From: an uncultured Methanoregulaceae archaeon
GTDB taxonomy: Archaea; Halobacteriota; Methanomicrobia; Methanomicrobiales; Methanospirillaceae
Direction: 5' to 3'
NCBI GenBank assembly: GCA_963701095.1
Contig: OY969564.1
Location: 2,336,001 to 2,400,000 of the forward strand
DNA length: 64,000 bases
The translations under genes were made by a program, and so were the position numbers. The number at the start of each line of letters is the position of its first letter. The stretch's first letter is position 1. The notes below the pieces were generated by a model. The model saw only the letters and a program-made list of their open reading frames with translations. It had not been told where the DNA came from and did not search any database. Shown here piece by piece: positions 28,644-38,004 of the stretch.

Positions 28644-30702
28644 ATGGCGCCCGGTACTGACCAGTCAAATGAATTTTACGTAAAACACCTCCGGGTCACC
28701 TGCCACCACATCGACAGCCTTCTTGGCGAGATCGAAGGTATCCTCTACGAGTCCTCATCGAAAACCGCATTTCCGGAGTATGTCATGGACCTTACCCCGG
28801 CGCAACAGAAGACGATCGAGGATTATATCACCCGAATCCGGGCCCGTCTCGTCCAGGTAATGGAAGGGCAGGGGATTGGCAGCAGCAAGCCCGGCATTCC
28901 CGTCTCGCGGGCTGTTCATGCCAGGCTGTATACCATCGATATTGCGGCCGAAGAACTAAAACCGCAATACATGATGGGGTTCGGTAATATCCCCGACAGC
29001 ACCGCAACAGAACTCAATGGCATTGCGGGGGAGTTGCAGGCACTTGTTTCACGCCTCGGCCAGTATCTTAACCAGGGAACCGGGCAGGATTTCCGGGAAC
29101 GGCTGCAGCGGCTGGAAGGGGCAGGTAATGACCTTTCCCTCCTCGCCCGGATCGAACAGGTTGTCGCGAAACGGGGACTGGTGGAATTCCGGGGGACGAT
29201 CGATGCGATCCTCGACCGTGCCGAGGACCGGAGTTTTGAGATCGCGGTCTTCGGGCGTGTCAGCTCCGGCAAGTCGTCTCTCCTCAACGCCGTCATCGGG
29301 ACTGACATCCTGCCGGTGGGAGTGACCCCGGTTACGGCCGTCCCCACGCGTATTATCTACGGGGAAAAACCATCACTTTCGGTATCGTTTGCCGATGCAC
29401 CGGCAAGGACGTTTCCGATCGAACAGCTCGGGGAGTTCGCTACCGAACAGCACAACCCCAATAACGCAAAGCATGTGACCGGGGTCACTGTGACCATCCC
29501 GGTATCGAGCCTCTCCCAGGGGGTTTCCTTTGTTGATACGCCGGGTCTCGGTTCACTTGCCACAGGAGGTGCTGCCGAGACCCTTGCGTACCTGCCCCGG
29601 TGCGATCTCGGGTGGTCCTGATCGATGCAGGATCCACGCTGACCGAAGAAGACGTCCGGACCATCCGTGCGTTGCAGGAAGCTGCCATTCCCGCACATAT
29701 CCTGCTCAGTAAAGCAGATCTCCTCGACCGGCCTGACTGCGAAAAGACCATCGGGTACATCACGCAGCACATAGCATCAGGGACCGGCCTTTCCCTGCCG
29801 GTCCATCCGGTCAGTGTCCACCCCTCGCACCGGAAGCTGCTCGACCGGTGGTTAGGAGAAGAGATCCTCCCGGTCATGAGCCATTCGCAGGACCTCCGGA
29901 CAGCGTCGTTACAGAGAAAGATTGGTGCATTACAGGAATCCCTGGTGTATTCCCTGCAGAACCAGATCCGGCGGAACCGGCACACACCTGCGGGAAATGC
30001 AGAAACCTTCAAGGCGGTCGAAATCCGTCTGCGAAGGGCAACCGGTCTTATCGTGGAGACCACAAAAGCATGCAGGGAAAAGGCCGATGCCATGGACGGG
30101 AAGGTTTTTGAAACCTGGATCGCCGCTGCTGCAGGTGCCACAAACAACAGGCCGGGGGACGCTGACAGAAAGATTCCTGCGGAAGATGCGATCCGCACCG
30201 CTCTCCTCCAGACCGTGCAGGGTGGGATACAGGATATCCGGGAACAGATCGAAACCCTTGCCAGGAGCCTGCAGGACGAGCTCGTAAAAAGTGCGGCAGA
30301 CCTCGTCATTACCGATGTGCCCGGAGATAATGAATTCCTCTTGCTGGTCCGGGATATGCCGGCCTTCGATCCCGGAACGATCCAGGTCACGGTGCCCGCA
30401 TACCTATTCACCGCGTTGCGGCAGAACAGGCTGGGAAAAAGCTGCTGGAACGCAGGATACGCCGGCAGTTTTCCGAATCTACCGGACTGGTCTTTGCCAG
30501 TTACTTCAGGATCCTCAAGGAATGGACAAGCCAGGTGACGGGCCGGATGGGCCAGAAATTCGAGACCTATGCCGAACGATACCGGGCACAGGCAGAACAA
30601 TCACCCCCGGGGCAGGAGCTGACAACGGATGAGGTGGGCGCTATCGAGGAGGATCTTAAAATGCTCGGTGACGCTGCAAAAGACAAAGAAAGGCCCGGTT
30701 AA
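28644..30702 (+). CDS. Dynamin-like GTPase (two 1-nt frameshifts, ~29610 and ~30438)
   Basis: G1 GRVSSGKSS, G2 PVT, G3 DTPG, G4 SKAD; frames rejoin by restoring one base in G and A runs; stop at 30702. Confidence 0.85.
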
Positions 30703-30776
30703 CGTGGTGGAAGATACTCAATTTTTCCATGCCTGAAAAAAGATATACTATCCCTCAACAAGGTAAGAGAATCTTT

Positions 30777-31526
30777 TTAAATTGACAGTGACCGGTGCAA
30801 CTCCCCTATCGTAATCATTGTCTTGTAGCCTTTGTCTGTAATGATGTAATCCCCCCGCTCATGGCGCTGGAGGATCATGCCGGATTCCGTCAGCTTCCTG
30901 ATATGGAAGAGGAGGTTACCTCCCTTCAGGCCGGTCAACTGGGAGATCTCCGAGAACGTCCTGGTCCCGGTTGCAAGCGCCTTTACGATCTGGAACCGCT
31001 GGGCGTTCGCCACAGGTTCAAGGAGATCTTTTACCACGGCTTCATCAGGTATTTCGGCAACCCCATCGGTAGTTTTGGTATCCTTCCGGTATATGCCGAG
31101 GGTCTGCATCAGGCTGACCTGTTTCTCGAACAGCTGGCCGACCTCGGTAAAACAGGTACCACACTGATCGTACGGACCTTTCTTCCTGAGCACCTTCATC
31201 CGGTCCCGGTACGATTGAATGAGTTCGTCAGAAACCTCGCCATCCCTTATATGCTGGGCGGAATTTTCTAAAAATTCCATAAATACCCCATAACAGGTCT
31301 TCCGCATAGCACAATCCTCCACCATATGGGCTGACAGATCGGTCTTCGCAGTACCAACCTGGTGATCAGCAAACAGCCCGGCATACTCCTTCTTTATATC
31401 TGCCAGTACCACATCCACGTGCTGCTGGTTTGCCCGTTCGATGAACCGCTTCAGGTCGGTCCTTAAGCCGGTGATCTCCGTCTTCAGTTCGCGGATCTCG
31501 GTCATTGTCCCTAACGCTGCTCCCAT
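30777..31526 (-). CDS. ArsR-like winged-helix regulator with Cys-containing N-terminal domain
   Basis: EPVANAQRFQI, TFSEISQLTGLKGGNLLFHI, GDYIITDKG. Confidence 0.85.
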   Translation of the reverse strand: MGAALGTMTEIRELKTEITGLRTDLKRFIERANQQHVDVVLADIKKEYAGLFADHQVGTAKTDLSAHMVEDCAMRKTCYGVFMEFLENSAQHIRDGEVSDELIQSYRDRMKVLRKKGPYDQCGTCFTEVGQLFEKQVSLMQTLGIYRKDTKTTDGVAEIPDEAVVKDLLEPVANAQRFQIVKALATGTRTFSEISQLTGLKGGNLLFHIRKLTESGMILQRHERGDYIITDKGYKTMITIGELHRSLSI

Positions 31527-31651
31527 GTTCCTAACCTTTTGTGTTGAATTGTTGTCCTTATGACTGTGCGGGTCATTTTTCTATACTGAAAATGTATTGT
31601 ATATTTTTATGACCCGTGTATATATATCTATGACCCAACAATGGTTAGCCG

Positions 31652-31906
31652 GTGAAAAACATGACCAAATCAGTGAAGGAACAAATCCATGCACAGATTA
31701 CCGGTGCACTTAAGGGAGCAAAATTCCCGGTCGCAACGCCAAAAGATCTAATTGCAGCATTCCCGGACGGCGCAAACACAACCTGCCAGGTGGGAGACCT
31801 GAAGATGACCGCCGGCGAGGCAGGAAAACTCCTGAAGGCCTCGGACTTCCCGTTTAAGAGTGCAAAGGCTGTGGCTGACGTCATTGTTGAGCGGGCAGGA
31901 CTGTAA
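31652..31906 (+). CDS. MTH865-family protein
   Basis: AKFPVATPKDLIAAFPDGANTTC...DFPFKSA. Confidence 0.85.
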   Translation: MKNMTKSVKEQIHAQITGALKGAKFPVATPKDLIAAFPDGANTTCQVGDLKMTAGEAGKLLKASDFPFKSAKAVADVIVERAGL

Positions 31907-31941
31907 TTCTTCGGACATAGTTCATTACCGGTGAATGTACC

Positions 31942-32346
31942 ATGGCAAAACTAACTGCAGAGATGAAAGAAGCGTTTGGCAAGATGAAGATCTTCCCGGT
32001 TGCGACCGCCTCAAAAGACGGCACACCAAACGTGGTCCCTATCGGGGTTGTCGAACTCGTCAGCGACGATACGATCTGGATCACGGACAATTTCATGAAC
32101 AAATCGCTTGAAAATCTCAAGACCAACCCGAAGATTGCCCTCTATATCTGGGGCCCGGAGATCAAGGGCTGCTTCCAGATCAAGGGTCAGGCGACGGTTA
32201 AGACCAGCGGCAAGGAATTCGATGAGATGAAGGTAAAGATCAACGCGAAGAACCCGGCCATGCCTGCACGTTCTCTTGTCATCGTAAAGATTACCGAGGT
32301 CTTCGAATGCCAGCCGGGCGCTAACGCCGGCAGTAAAATCCTTTAA
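31942..32346 (+). CDS. Pyridoxamine 5'-phosphate oxidase family (FMN-binding) protein
   Basis: VATASKDGTPNVVP, DNFMNKSLENLKTNP, QIKG. Confidence 0.9.
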   Translation: MAKLTAEMKEAFGKMKIFPVATASKDGTPNVVPIGVVELVSDDTIWITDNFMNKSLENLKTNPKIALYIWGPEIKGCFQIKGQATVKTSGKEFDEMKVKINAKNPAMPARSLVIVKITEVFECQPGANAGSKIL

Positions 32347-32510
32347 CTTTTTTCACGTTCCGGTTCGTGAAGAAATCCGGGAAATTCCACGAGAGAAAAA
32401 CGGAGAATCCACACGTATTGTACCTTGGGTCCGGATCAGGGCGTATTTGCAGAAAGAACAAAATCCTTATTGTACCGGGTCACCAAACACCTTCCAAAGA
32501 AAGTGGATAT

Positions 32511-32833
32511 ATGCCCGGTATAGCGATACTGCACAAGCGAAAAAGTCCGGTAATAAAAAAACTTGAAACTTCAGTCCCGGCTATCCGTTCCCGGTTCGGG
32601 GTGACCCGGATCGGTATCTTCGGCTCGTTTGCCCGGGGTGAACAGACCCGGACGAGCGACGTTGACGTGCTGGTGGTTTTGCCAGCGGGTATGCAAACCT
32701 GAAGAATTTTATCGGGCTTTCCGATTATCTCGAAGCACTGTTCCGGCGCAAAGTCGACCTCCTGACAGAACCCTCTATTTCTGATCTGATAAGGCCCTAT
32801 ATCGAAAAGGATGTGATTTGGGTTGAAGGATGA
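32511..32833 (+). CDS. Minimal nucleotidyltransferase (MNT), frameshift near 32678
   Basis: IFGSFARGEQ..TSDVDVLV; continues ...YLEALFRRKVDLLT...IRPYIEKDVIWVEG*. Confidence 0.85.
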
Positions 32834-32855
32834 CCGACTCCTTTTAATCCAGTGA
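32823..32855 (+). pseudogene. Probable N-terminal stub of a HEPN (DUF86-type) partner
   Basis: TTG-started MKDDRLLLIQ* overlapping the MNT stop. Confidence 0.45.
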
Positions 32856-32987
32856 CCATAATCATCGGATTAACAGGAACGGTTTTCTCCATCTGCCGCA
32901 CCAGAGAAAACGAACCTTTTTAATCCCGCTGTAGCTGTCCACAGGCTTGCAGATACTATTAATTCCCGACGACTCAATAAAATTGAT

Positions 32988-33659
32988 ATGAAAAAGATCA
33001 ATTTTTTTCTGATTTTTATTTGTATTATCGTTATCTTATTTTCCGGGTGTACCAGCACCCCGAATAATGTGCCACCAGGTACTCCGGTGGTACCAACAAC
33101 AACCATGATTACGGTGGTTCCAGCACCTACCATCATGCCGGTACCTCCAGTACCGAATGGAACACCGGTAATTCAGGCCGCGGCAGTCATTACCACACCT
33201 GTTCCAGCGGTCAACATATCATCCGGAGTCAATACAACGGACCCGATACTCCACCGGTGGATCCGTGTCGAGGGCTCCCCGACGTCGGCTGATTCAACAG
33301 GTTACCAATACAAGTTCTTTCCCGAGGGAACCGTTGATTTCATTTCAGGCAATACAAGGATGGTGTCGGGCAATATTTTTATAGACCTCACGCAACCTTT
33401 TGTTGAATATTCAGGGACGTGGACCTATATCGGGAATGCAACCTACCTGGTTAAGTTACTCCCGAACGGATTGAGCGGTGTGACAATCCTCCGGGAATAT
33501 ACGCTGGTCCCGGCCCACATCGATCCAAGTTATCCGGGAATAACAATCCCGGCACACATCCAGAGTTCGTACGAGACGCAGCTTATTGGGTATGGAAGTA
33601 ACCGGGAAAGTCCGAATGAAGATCTTATGTACTACCCCGAGCAAGCATCGGTCGATTAA
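32988..33659 (+). CDS. Lipoprotein with Pro/Thr-rich linker
   Basis: Lipobox LFSGC. Confidence 0.8.
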   Translation: MKKINFFLIFICIIVILFSGCTSTPNNVPPGTPVVPTTTMITVVPAPTIMPVPPVPNGTPVIQAAAVITTPVPAVNISSGVNTTDPILHRWIRVEGSPTSADSTGYQYKFFPEGTVDFISGNTRMVSGNIFIDLTQPFVEYSGTWTYIGNATYLVKLLPNGLSGVTILREYTLVPAHIDPSYPGITIPAHIQSSYETQLIGYGSNRESPNEDLMYYPEQASVD

Positions 33660-33780
33660 CTCTTTTTGATAAAGTGGACAATTGACAAAATCCTGTATTT
33701 TTTTCTGTGAACCCGACCCGGTCCTTTCTTTAAAAACAATTTTTAGTTACTTGATTCTCTCACTATCCGTTTTTGCAAAC

Positions 33781-33963
33781 ATGCAACGGGTTTTATGTAG
33801 TATCCGCGAAAGGAGAGATTAAAATCGTTTGAGTGAGCGGAGTTGAACCTGACATGGATAAAAAACCGAGAGTGAAGCCCGGGGAATCAGTTACCAAAGT
33901 TGACGCTGGAGACTTACGGACGAACAGGGAAAAAGCACGGGATGGCATGTCCACGGAGGATAT
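33781..33963 (+). repeat. 183 bp direct repeat, copy 1
   Basis: Colinear with 36201..36383. Confidence 0.9.
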
Positions 33964-34003
33964 CCGCACAGCTGACTGGGGCAAGAAAAAACGTTCCCCC
34001 TGA
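33854..34003 (+). CDS. Small hypothetical protein (49 aa)
   Basis: MDKKPRVKPGESVTKVDAGDLRTNREKARDGMSTEDIRTADWGKKKRSP*; paralogous ORF at 36273. Confidence 0.55.
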   Translation: MDKKPRVKPGESVTKVDAGDLRTNREKARDGMSTEDIRTADWGKKKRSP

Positions 34004-34217
34004 TCCCAAAGGCAGCCAACAGCAACACTACGTTTTAAGGATCGGATGTATGGCGTTGGTGCAGGCACGGCTATTCGTGAATTTTTCAACCCGAAAGATT
34101 TTGCATTTCAGCCGCAGGCGCAAACAGGATCTCCAGCGGGTCTTCGTGAGATAGCATACATCTTCATCCTTACCCGTTTTCCGGACAATCAACGCAGGCT
34201 GACAGGGAGATTCCGTA

Positions 34218-36038
34218 TCATGGAGATTTTTGTTTCCGGCACGCTGCCAGATAATCTGCCTGAACGTAGGTCCTCAAAATATCAGATCGCGTAAGAAAAC
34301 CAGATAGGATATCCGGTGTTTCCGGTCGGACAACCGGCATGTGATCGAAGTTGTGGCCGACCATGAACACGAGAGCGTCCTCAAGGGTATCATCCGGGTG
34401 GATAACCACGGGAGGAGACGTCATGGCTTCGCGTATACTTGGATAGGTCTTGTCTGCTACGCGGATGGTGCTCACGTCACGGTTTGTAACGATCCCGACA
34501 AGCCGGCCGTTCTCAACGACGGGAAAACCGGTGTGCCCGGTCTTTGCCATAAGGTCGATAATTTTTGCCGGTTCGTCTGAGGGGGAGAGCGTAATAACGG
34601 ACTCCCCCGGGATCATGGCATCCCGGACAAAGATCCCTTCGAGTGTCTCATGATCGTATTCCCCGCGATGGGCACCGGATTGTGCTTTTGTCGGTACCTG
34701 GTCCCTGAATATCGTATTTTCCCCGGTCAACAAATGGGAAACTGCGACTGCGGCCATGGCCGGTATCAGGATCGTAACGCTCCCCACCATCTCGACAACC
34801 ATGATCAGCACAGCAATGGGCGCATTTGCCACCGCACCGAACAGGGAGATCATGCCGACGACAATAAACACGGGGATCGTTTCCAGAGGTACATATGCCG
34901 GGAAAAACAGGTGCAGGATGATACCAAACCCCGCCCCGACAGAAGCACCGATAGTAAGCCCCGGGCCAAACACACCACCACTCCCTCCTGAGCCAAGCGT
35001 GAGGGACGTTGCGAGGATCTTGAGAAACGGCAGCAGCAGGATCACGGCAAGCGGGAGCAGGGAATACAACATGAGCTGGTCAAAACCGTAACCGGAACCA
35101 AGAGCGGAAAGACCGAGTGTTTCTGCCTCGGGAGAGATGAGTGCAAGTGCAGTGACAAGAATACCGAGAATAAGCGCTCCCGAAACCGGCTTTAAGTACA
35201 TAGGGAGGTTATACCGTTTGAACGCGGCCGTAAACCAGTCGCGGCTCCCGTAAAAAAGAAAGATGTAGAGGAGCCCGAACGCTGCACATAAAACGCCGAG
35301 CAGGAGAAAAAGGGGGATCTGCCACAGTGTCCACGAGAGAGGGGTAAGTGAGAAGACGGGCGCGTATCCTTCAAAAAGCCCGAAGATAGCATAACCAATC
35401 ACGGAGGCAAGAAATGCCGGAATAATGGCGTCGGATTCGAAATCCCGGGTGTAGAGGACTTCTGCTGCAAGCACTGCTCCGCCGAGAGGTGCCTTGAATA
35501 TAGTCCCGATACCCGCTCCTATGCCGGTCGTAAGCGCTATTCTTCTCTCTTTTGGGGAGAGGCCGAGCATATCGGCCACAACGGATCCGAAACCTGCCGA
35601 GATCTGGGCCGCAGGGCCTTCTCTCCCTGCGCTCCCACCGGTTGATATGGTAAGAATTGCCGTTACGGCTTTTAAGACCGGGACCCTCTTCCGTATCCTG
35701 CCGGTTCCATGGAATGCCTTTATTGCTGCGTCTGTACCATGACCTTCGGTTTCCGGGGCAAACCGGGTGATGAGGAGTCCGGTCAGGAGACTGCCGAATA
35801 TGAGAATTGGGATCAGGAGGAAGAGCGAATGGGGCTCGGACCACTGGCTGATCACCGCAACGCTCTGGCCTTCCTGAGGGTAAACATACTGCAGGATATA
35901 CCCCATGAAAAATGCAATGCCCCATTTGAGCCCTTCATAAAAAAGGAGAGATCCGAAACCAGCAATAACACCGACTACTATTGCGATGATGATGGTCCGT
36001 TTTGTCGGCGTAATTCCGGGAGGGAGAGAAAAATCCAT
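34218..36038 (-). CDS. CLC chloride channel/antiporter with CBS pair
   Basis: GHGTD, GSAGREGP, FKAPLGG, GSGGVFGP; C-terminal CBS domains. Confidence 0.93.
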   Translation of the reverse strand: MDFSLPPGITPTKRTIIIAIVVGVIAGFGSLLFYEGLKWGIAFFMGYILQYVYPQEGQSVAVISQWSEPHSLFLLIPILIFGSLLTGLLITRFAPETEGHGTDAAIKAFHGTGRIRKRVPVLKAVTAILTISTGGSAGREGPAAQISAGFGSVVADMLGLSPKERRIALTTGIGAGIGTIFKAPLGGAVLAAEVLYTRDFESDAIIPAFLASVIGYAIFGLFEGYAPVFSLTPLSWTLWQIPLFLLLGVLCAAFGLLYIFLFYGSRDWFTAAFKRYNLPMYLKPVSGALILGILVTALALISPEAETLGLSALGSGYGFDQLMLYSLLPLAVILLLPFLKILATSLTLGSGGSGGVFGPGLTIGASVGAGFGIILHLFFPAYVPLETIPVFIVVGMISLFGAVANAPIAVLIMVVEMVGSVTILIPAMAAVAVSHLLTGENTIFRDQVPTKAQSGAHRGEYDHETLEGIFVRDAMIPGESVITLSPSDEPAKIIDLMAKTGHTGFPVVENGRLVGIVTNRDVSTIRVADKTYPSIREAMTSPPVVIHPDDTLEDALVFMVGHNFDHMPVVRPETPDILSGFLTRSDILRTYVQADYLAACRKQKSP

Positions 36039-36200
36039 GTATCCAGTGGTTTTTTACTTTTTTCCCGATTGTATTTCAGGGTTCTTATTCACGGTTCTGA
36101 TGCGTCTTCGGGACGTTTAAATACGGACCAGAGCAGAATCACGACCGATTGAATCTCGTTACATCCCGCGGAACCAGAACCTCAACTATCAGTCCCAACT

Positions 36201-36383
36201 ATGCAACGGGATTTATGTAGTATCCTCGACAGGAGAGAATAAAATTGTTTGAATGAACGGAGTTGAACTTAACATGGATAAAAAACCGATAGTGAAGCCT
36301 GGGGAATCAGTTACCAGGGTTGACGCTGGAGACTTACAGACGAACAGGGAAAAGATATGGGACGGCTTGGCCACGGAGGATAT
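36201..36383 (+). repeat. 183 bp direct repeat, copy 2
   Basis: Colinear with 33781..33963. Confidence 0.9.
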
Positions 36384-36446
36384 AGTTCCCTTACAAGCAG
36401 TACTAAGAAAAAATTATTATACGATCGACAATACAGGGGGACATTT

Positions 36447-36812
36447 ATGATAGAAAAAAAAGCAGCACGGGGAAATATCCAGTGGTTCCACGTAACAGGA
36501 AAGCTTACAGAAGAAGATTATACCAATAATCTCATCCCGGAACTGGAAAGAGCGCTCGAGCAGTACAAAAAGATACGCCTGCTTATCCAGGTCGAATATT
36601 TTGGCGGCTGGACTGAAGGAGGTGCCTGGGAAGAACTGAAAGGATGGAAGCAGTTCTCAAAAGTCGAACGTATTGCCATTGTCGCTGACGATTCCTGGGA
36701 TGAATGGGTGACATGGATGGTAAAGATCACCGGAATAATTACCGGCACCTCAGTCAGGTTTTTTAAAGCAGGAAGGATTGAGGAAGCCTGGGACTGGCTT
36801 GAATCTATGTAG
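36447..36812 (+). CDS. SpoIIAA-like (STAS/SEC14) protein
   Basis: TGKLTEEDY, KIRLL, FGGW, VERIAIV, EEAWDWL. Confidence 0.85.
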   Translation: MIEKKAARGNIQWFHVTGKLTEEDYTNNLIPELERALEQYKKIRLLIQVEYFGGWTEGGAWEELKGWKQFSKVERIAIVADDSWDEWVTWMVKITGIITGTSVRFFKAGRIEEAWDWLESM

Positions 36813-36937
36813 ACCTTTTTTCGCTGTCGTTTTGTTAAAAGCAAAGTCGATTCCCGGTTCTGGTCCGGGAGTTCTCTTGTCCCTTCGGATTCTAAGAACA
36901 GGAGTGGATTAACTCAACAAAGTGCAACAGATTGTTC

Positions 36938-37084
36938 TCACACCATCATGACAATCCCGATAACGACTAAGATTATGCCAATAATAATCACTACTGTACC
37001 AATCGGTGCAAACAGGGGCATCCCCAGGAGAAGTATCCCCAGAATTATCAGAAGTAACCCGGTTATAGCGAAGTGTGCAACCAT
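36938..37084 (-). CDS. Small 2-TM membrane protein
   Basis: MVAHFAITGLLLIILG...; GGGAGG upstream. Confidence 0.6.
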   Translation of the reverse strand: MVAHFAITGLLLIILGILLLGMPLFAPIGTVVIIIGIILVVIGIVMMV

Positions 37085-37223
37085 CCTGTTTCCCTCCCAT
37101 GTAGTGAATAGTGATCCCCTTTTCTTCAAGGTTATGGTGTGTACCACCGATGCTTCGACCGGTTTTGATGACGACGAGGTCTTTTTTCACGTCTCGTGTG
37201 TTGAAAGGGAATAAAAAAAGGTT

Positions 37224-37883
37224 TTAGACCATCACAGCATGGATGATCGTCACGTTCTGGAGGGGGCGGTTATTTGCATCGGTAGGCACATTGCCGATTG
37301 CATCGACAACGTCCATACCGGAGACAACGGTCCCGAAGACCGGGTAATGGCTGTCAAAACCGGGCTGGAGGGCACTGTTGTTCACGAGATTGATAAAGAA
37401 CTGGGAACCACCGCTGTCGGGTTGCCCGGTATTTGCCATGGCCACCGCTCCGGGACTATTCGTTTCGTTGGTTGGTTCGTCCGGTATCGTGTAGCCCGGT
37501 CCTCCCATACCGGTACCGGTGGGGTCACCACCCTGGATCATAAAACCGCTGATAACCCTGTGGAAGACGGTATTATCATAGAAGCCTTTCTGCACGAGGG
37601 TCGCGAAGTTCCCCGCCGTTACCGGCATTTTTGGATCGAGAGCGATGGTAATGTTACCCATGGTCGTCTCCAGCAGCACCTCCTTACCGGCCAGTGCAGA
37701 AGGAGCAGCCATGTTCGTTGTCGTGGCTGTTATCGTGTTGGATTGGGGTTCCGGCGTGGGAGCCACCGGGGTTGTAGCTGGGGGAATGGTGGTCCCTGCC
37801 GGTGCTGGCTGGGTACATCCTGCACAGAACACCAGTGCTGCTGCAAGAAGAACAAAAATACACAATTTCCACGGTAAAGACAT
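37224..37883 (-). CDS. Cyclophilin-type peptidyl-prolyl isomerase, lipoprotein
   Basis: FHRVISGFMIQGGDP, AMAN, GSQFFI; lipobox CAGC. Confidence 0.95.
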   Translation of the reverse strand: MSLPWKLCIFVLLAAALVFCAGCTQPAPAGTTIPPATTPVAPTPEPQSNTITATTTNMAAPSALAGKEVLLETTMGNITIALDPKMPVTAGNFATLVQKGFYDNTVFHRVISGFMIQGGDPTGTGMGGPGYTIPDEPTNETNSPGAVAMANTGQPDSGGSQFFINLVNNSALQPGFDSHYPVFGTVVSGMDVVDAIGNVPTDANNRPLQNVTIIHAVMV

Positions 37884-38004
37884 GACTCCTTTTTTGTGCG
37901 TCACAGGAAAAATAGGTTGCGGGGACCCTGTCAAATTTTAAAACGGGATGGCGGTACCGTCCCCTGAGGCCCCCGCGGACTTCAAAGATGCAACCACAAA
38001 AAGA

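Noticed and set aside
34218..36200. Fluoride exporter (CLC-F) with fluoride riboswitch
   Set aside because: Motifs are GHGTD/GREGP rather than GNNLI/GREGT, and no riboswitch consensus is seen upstream
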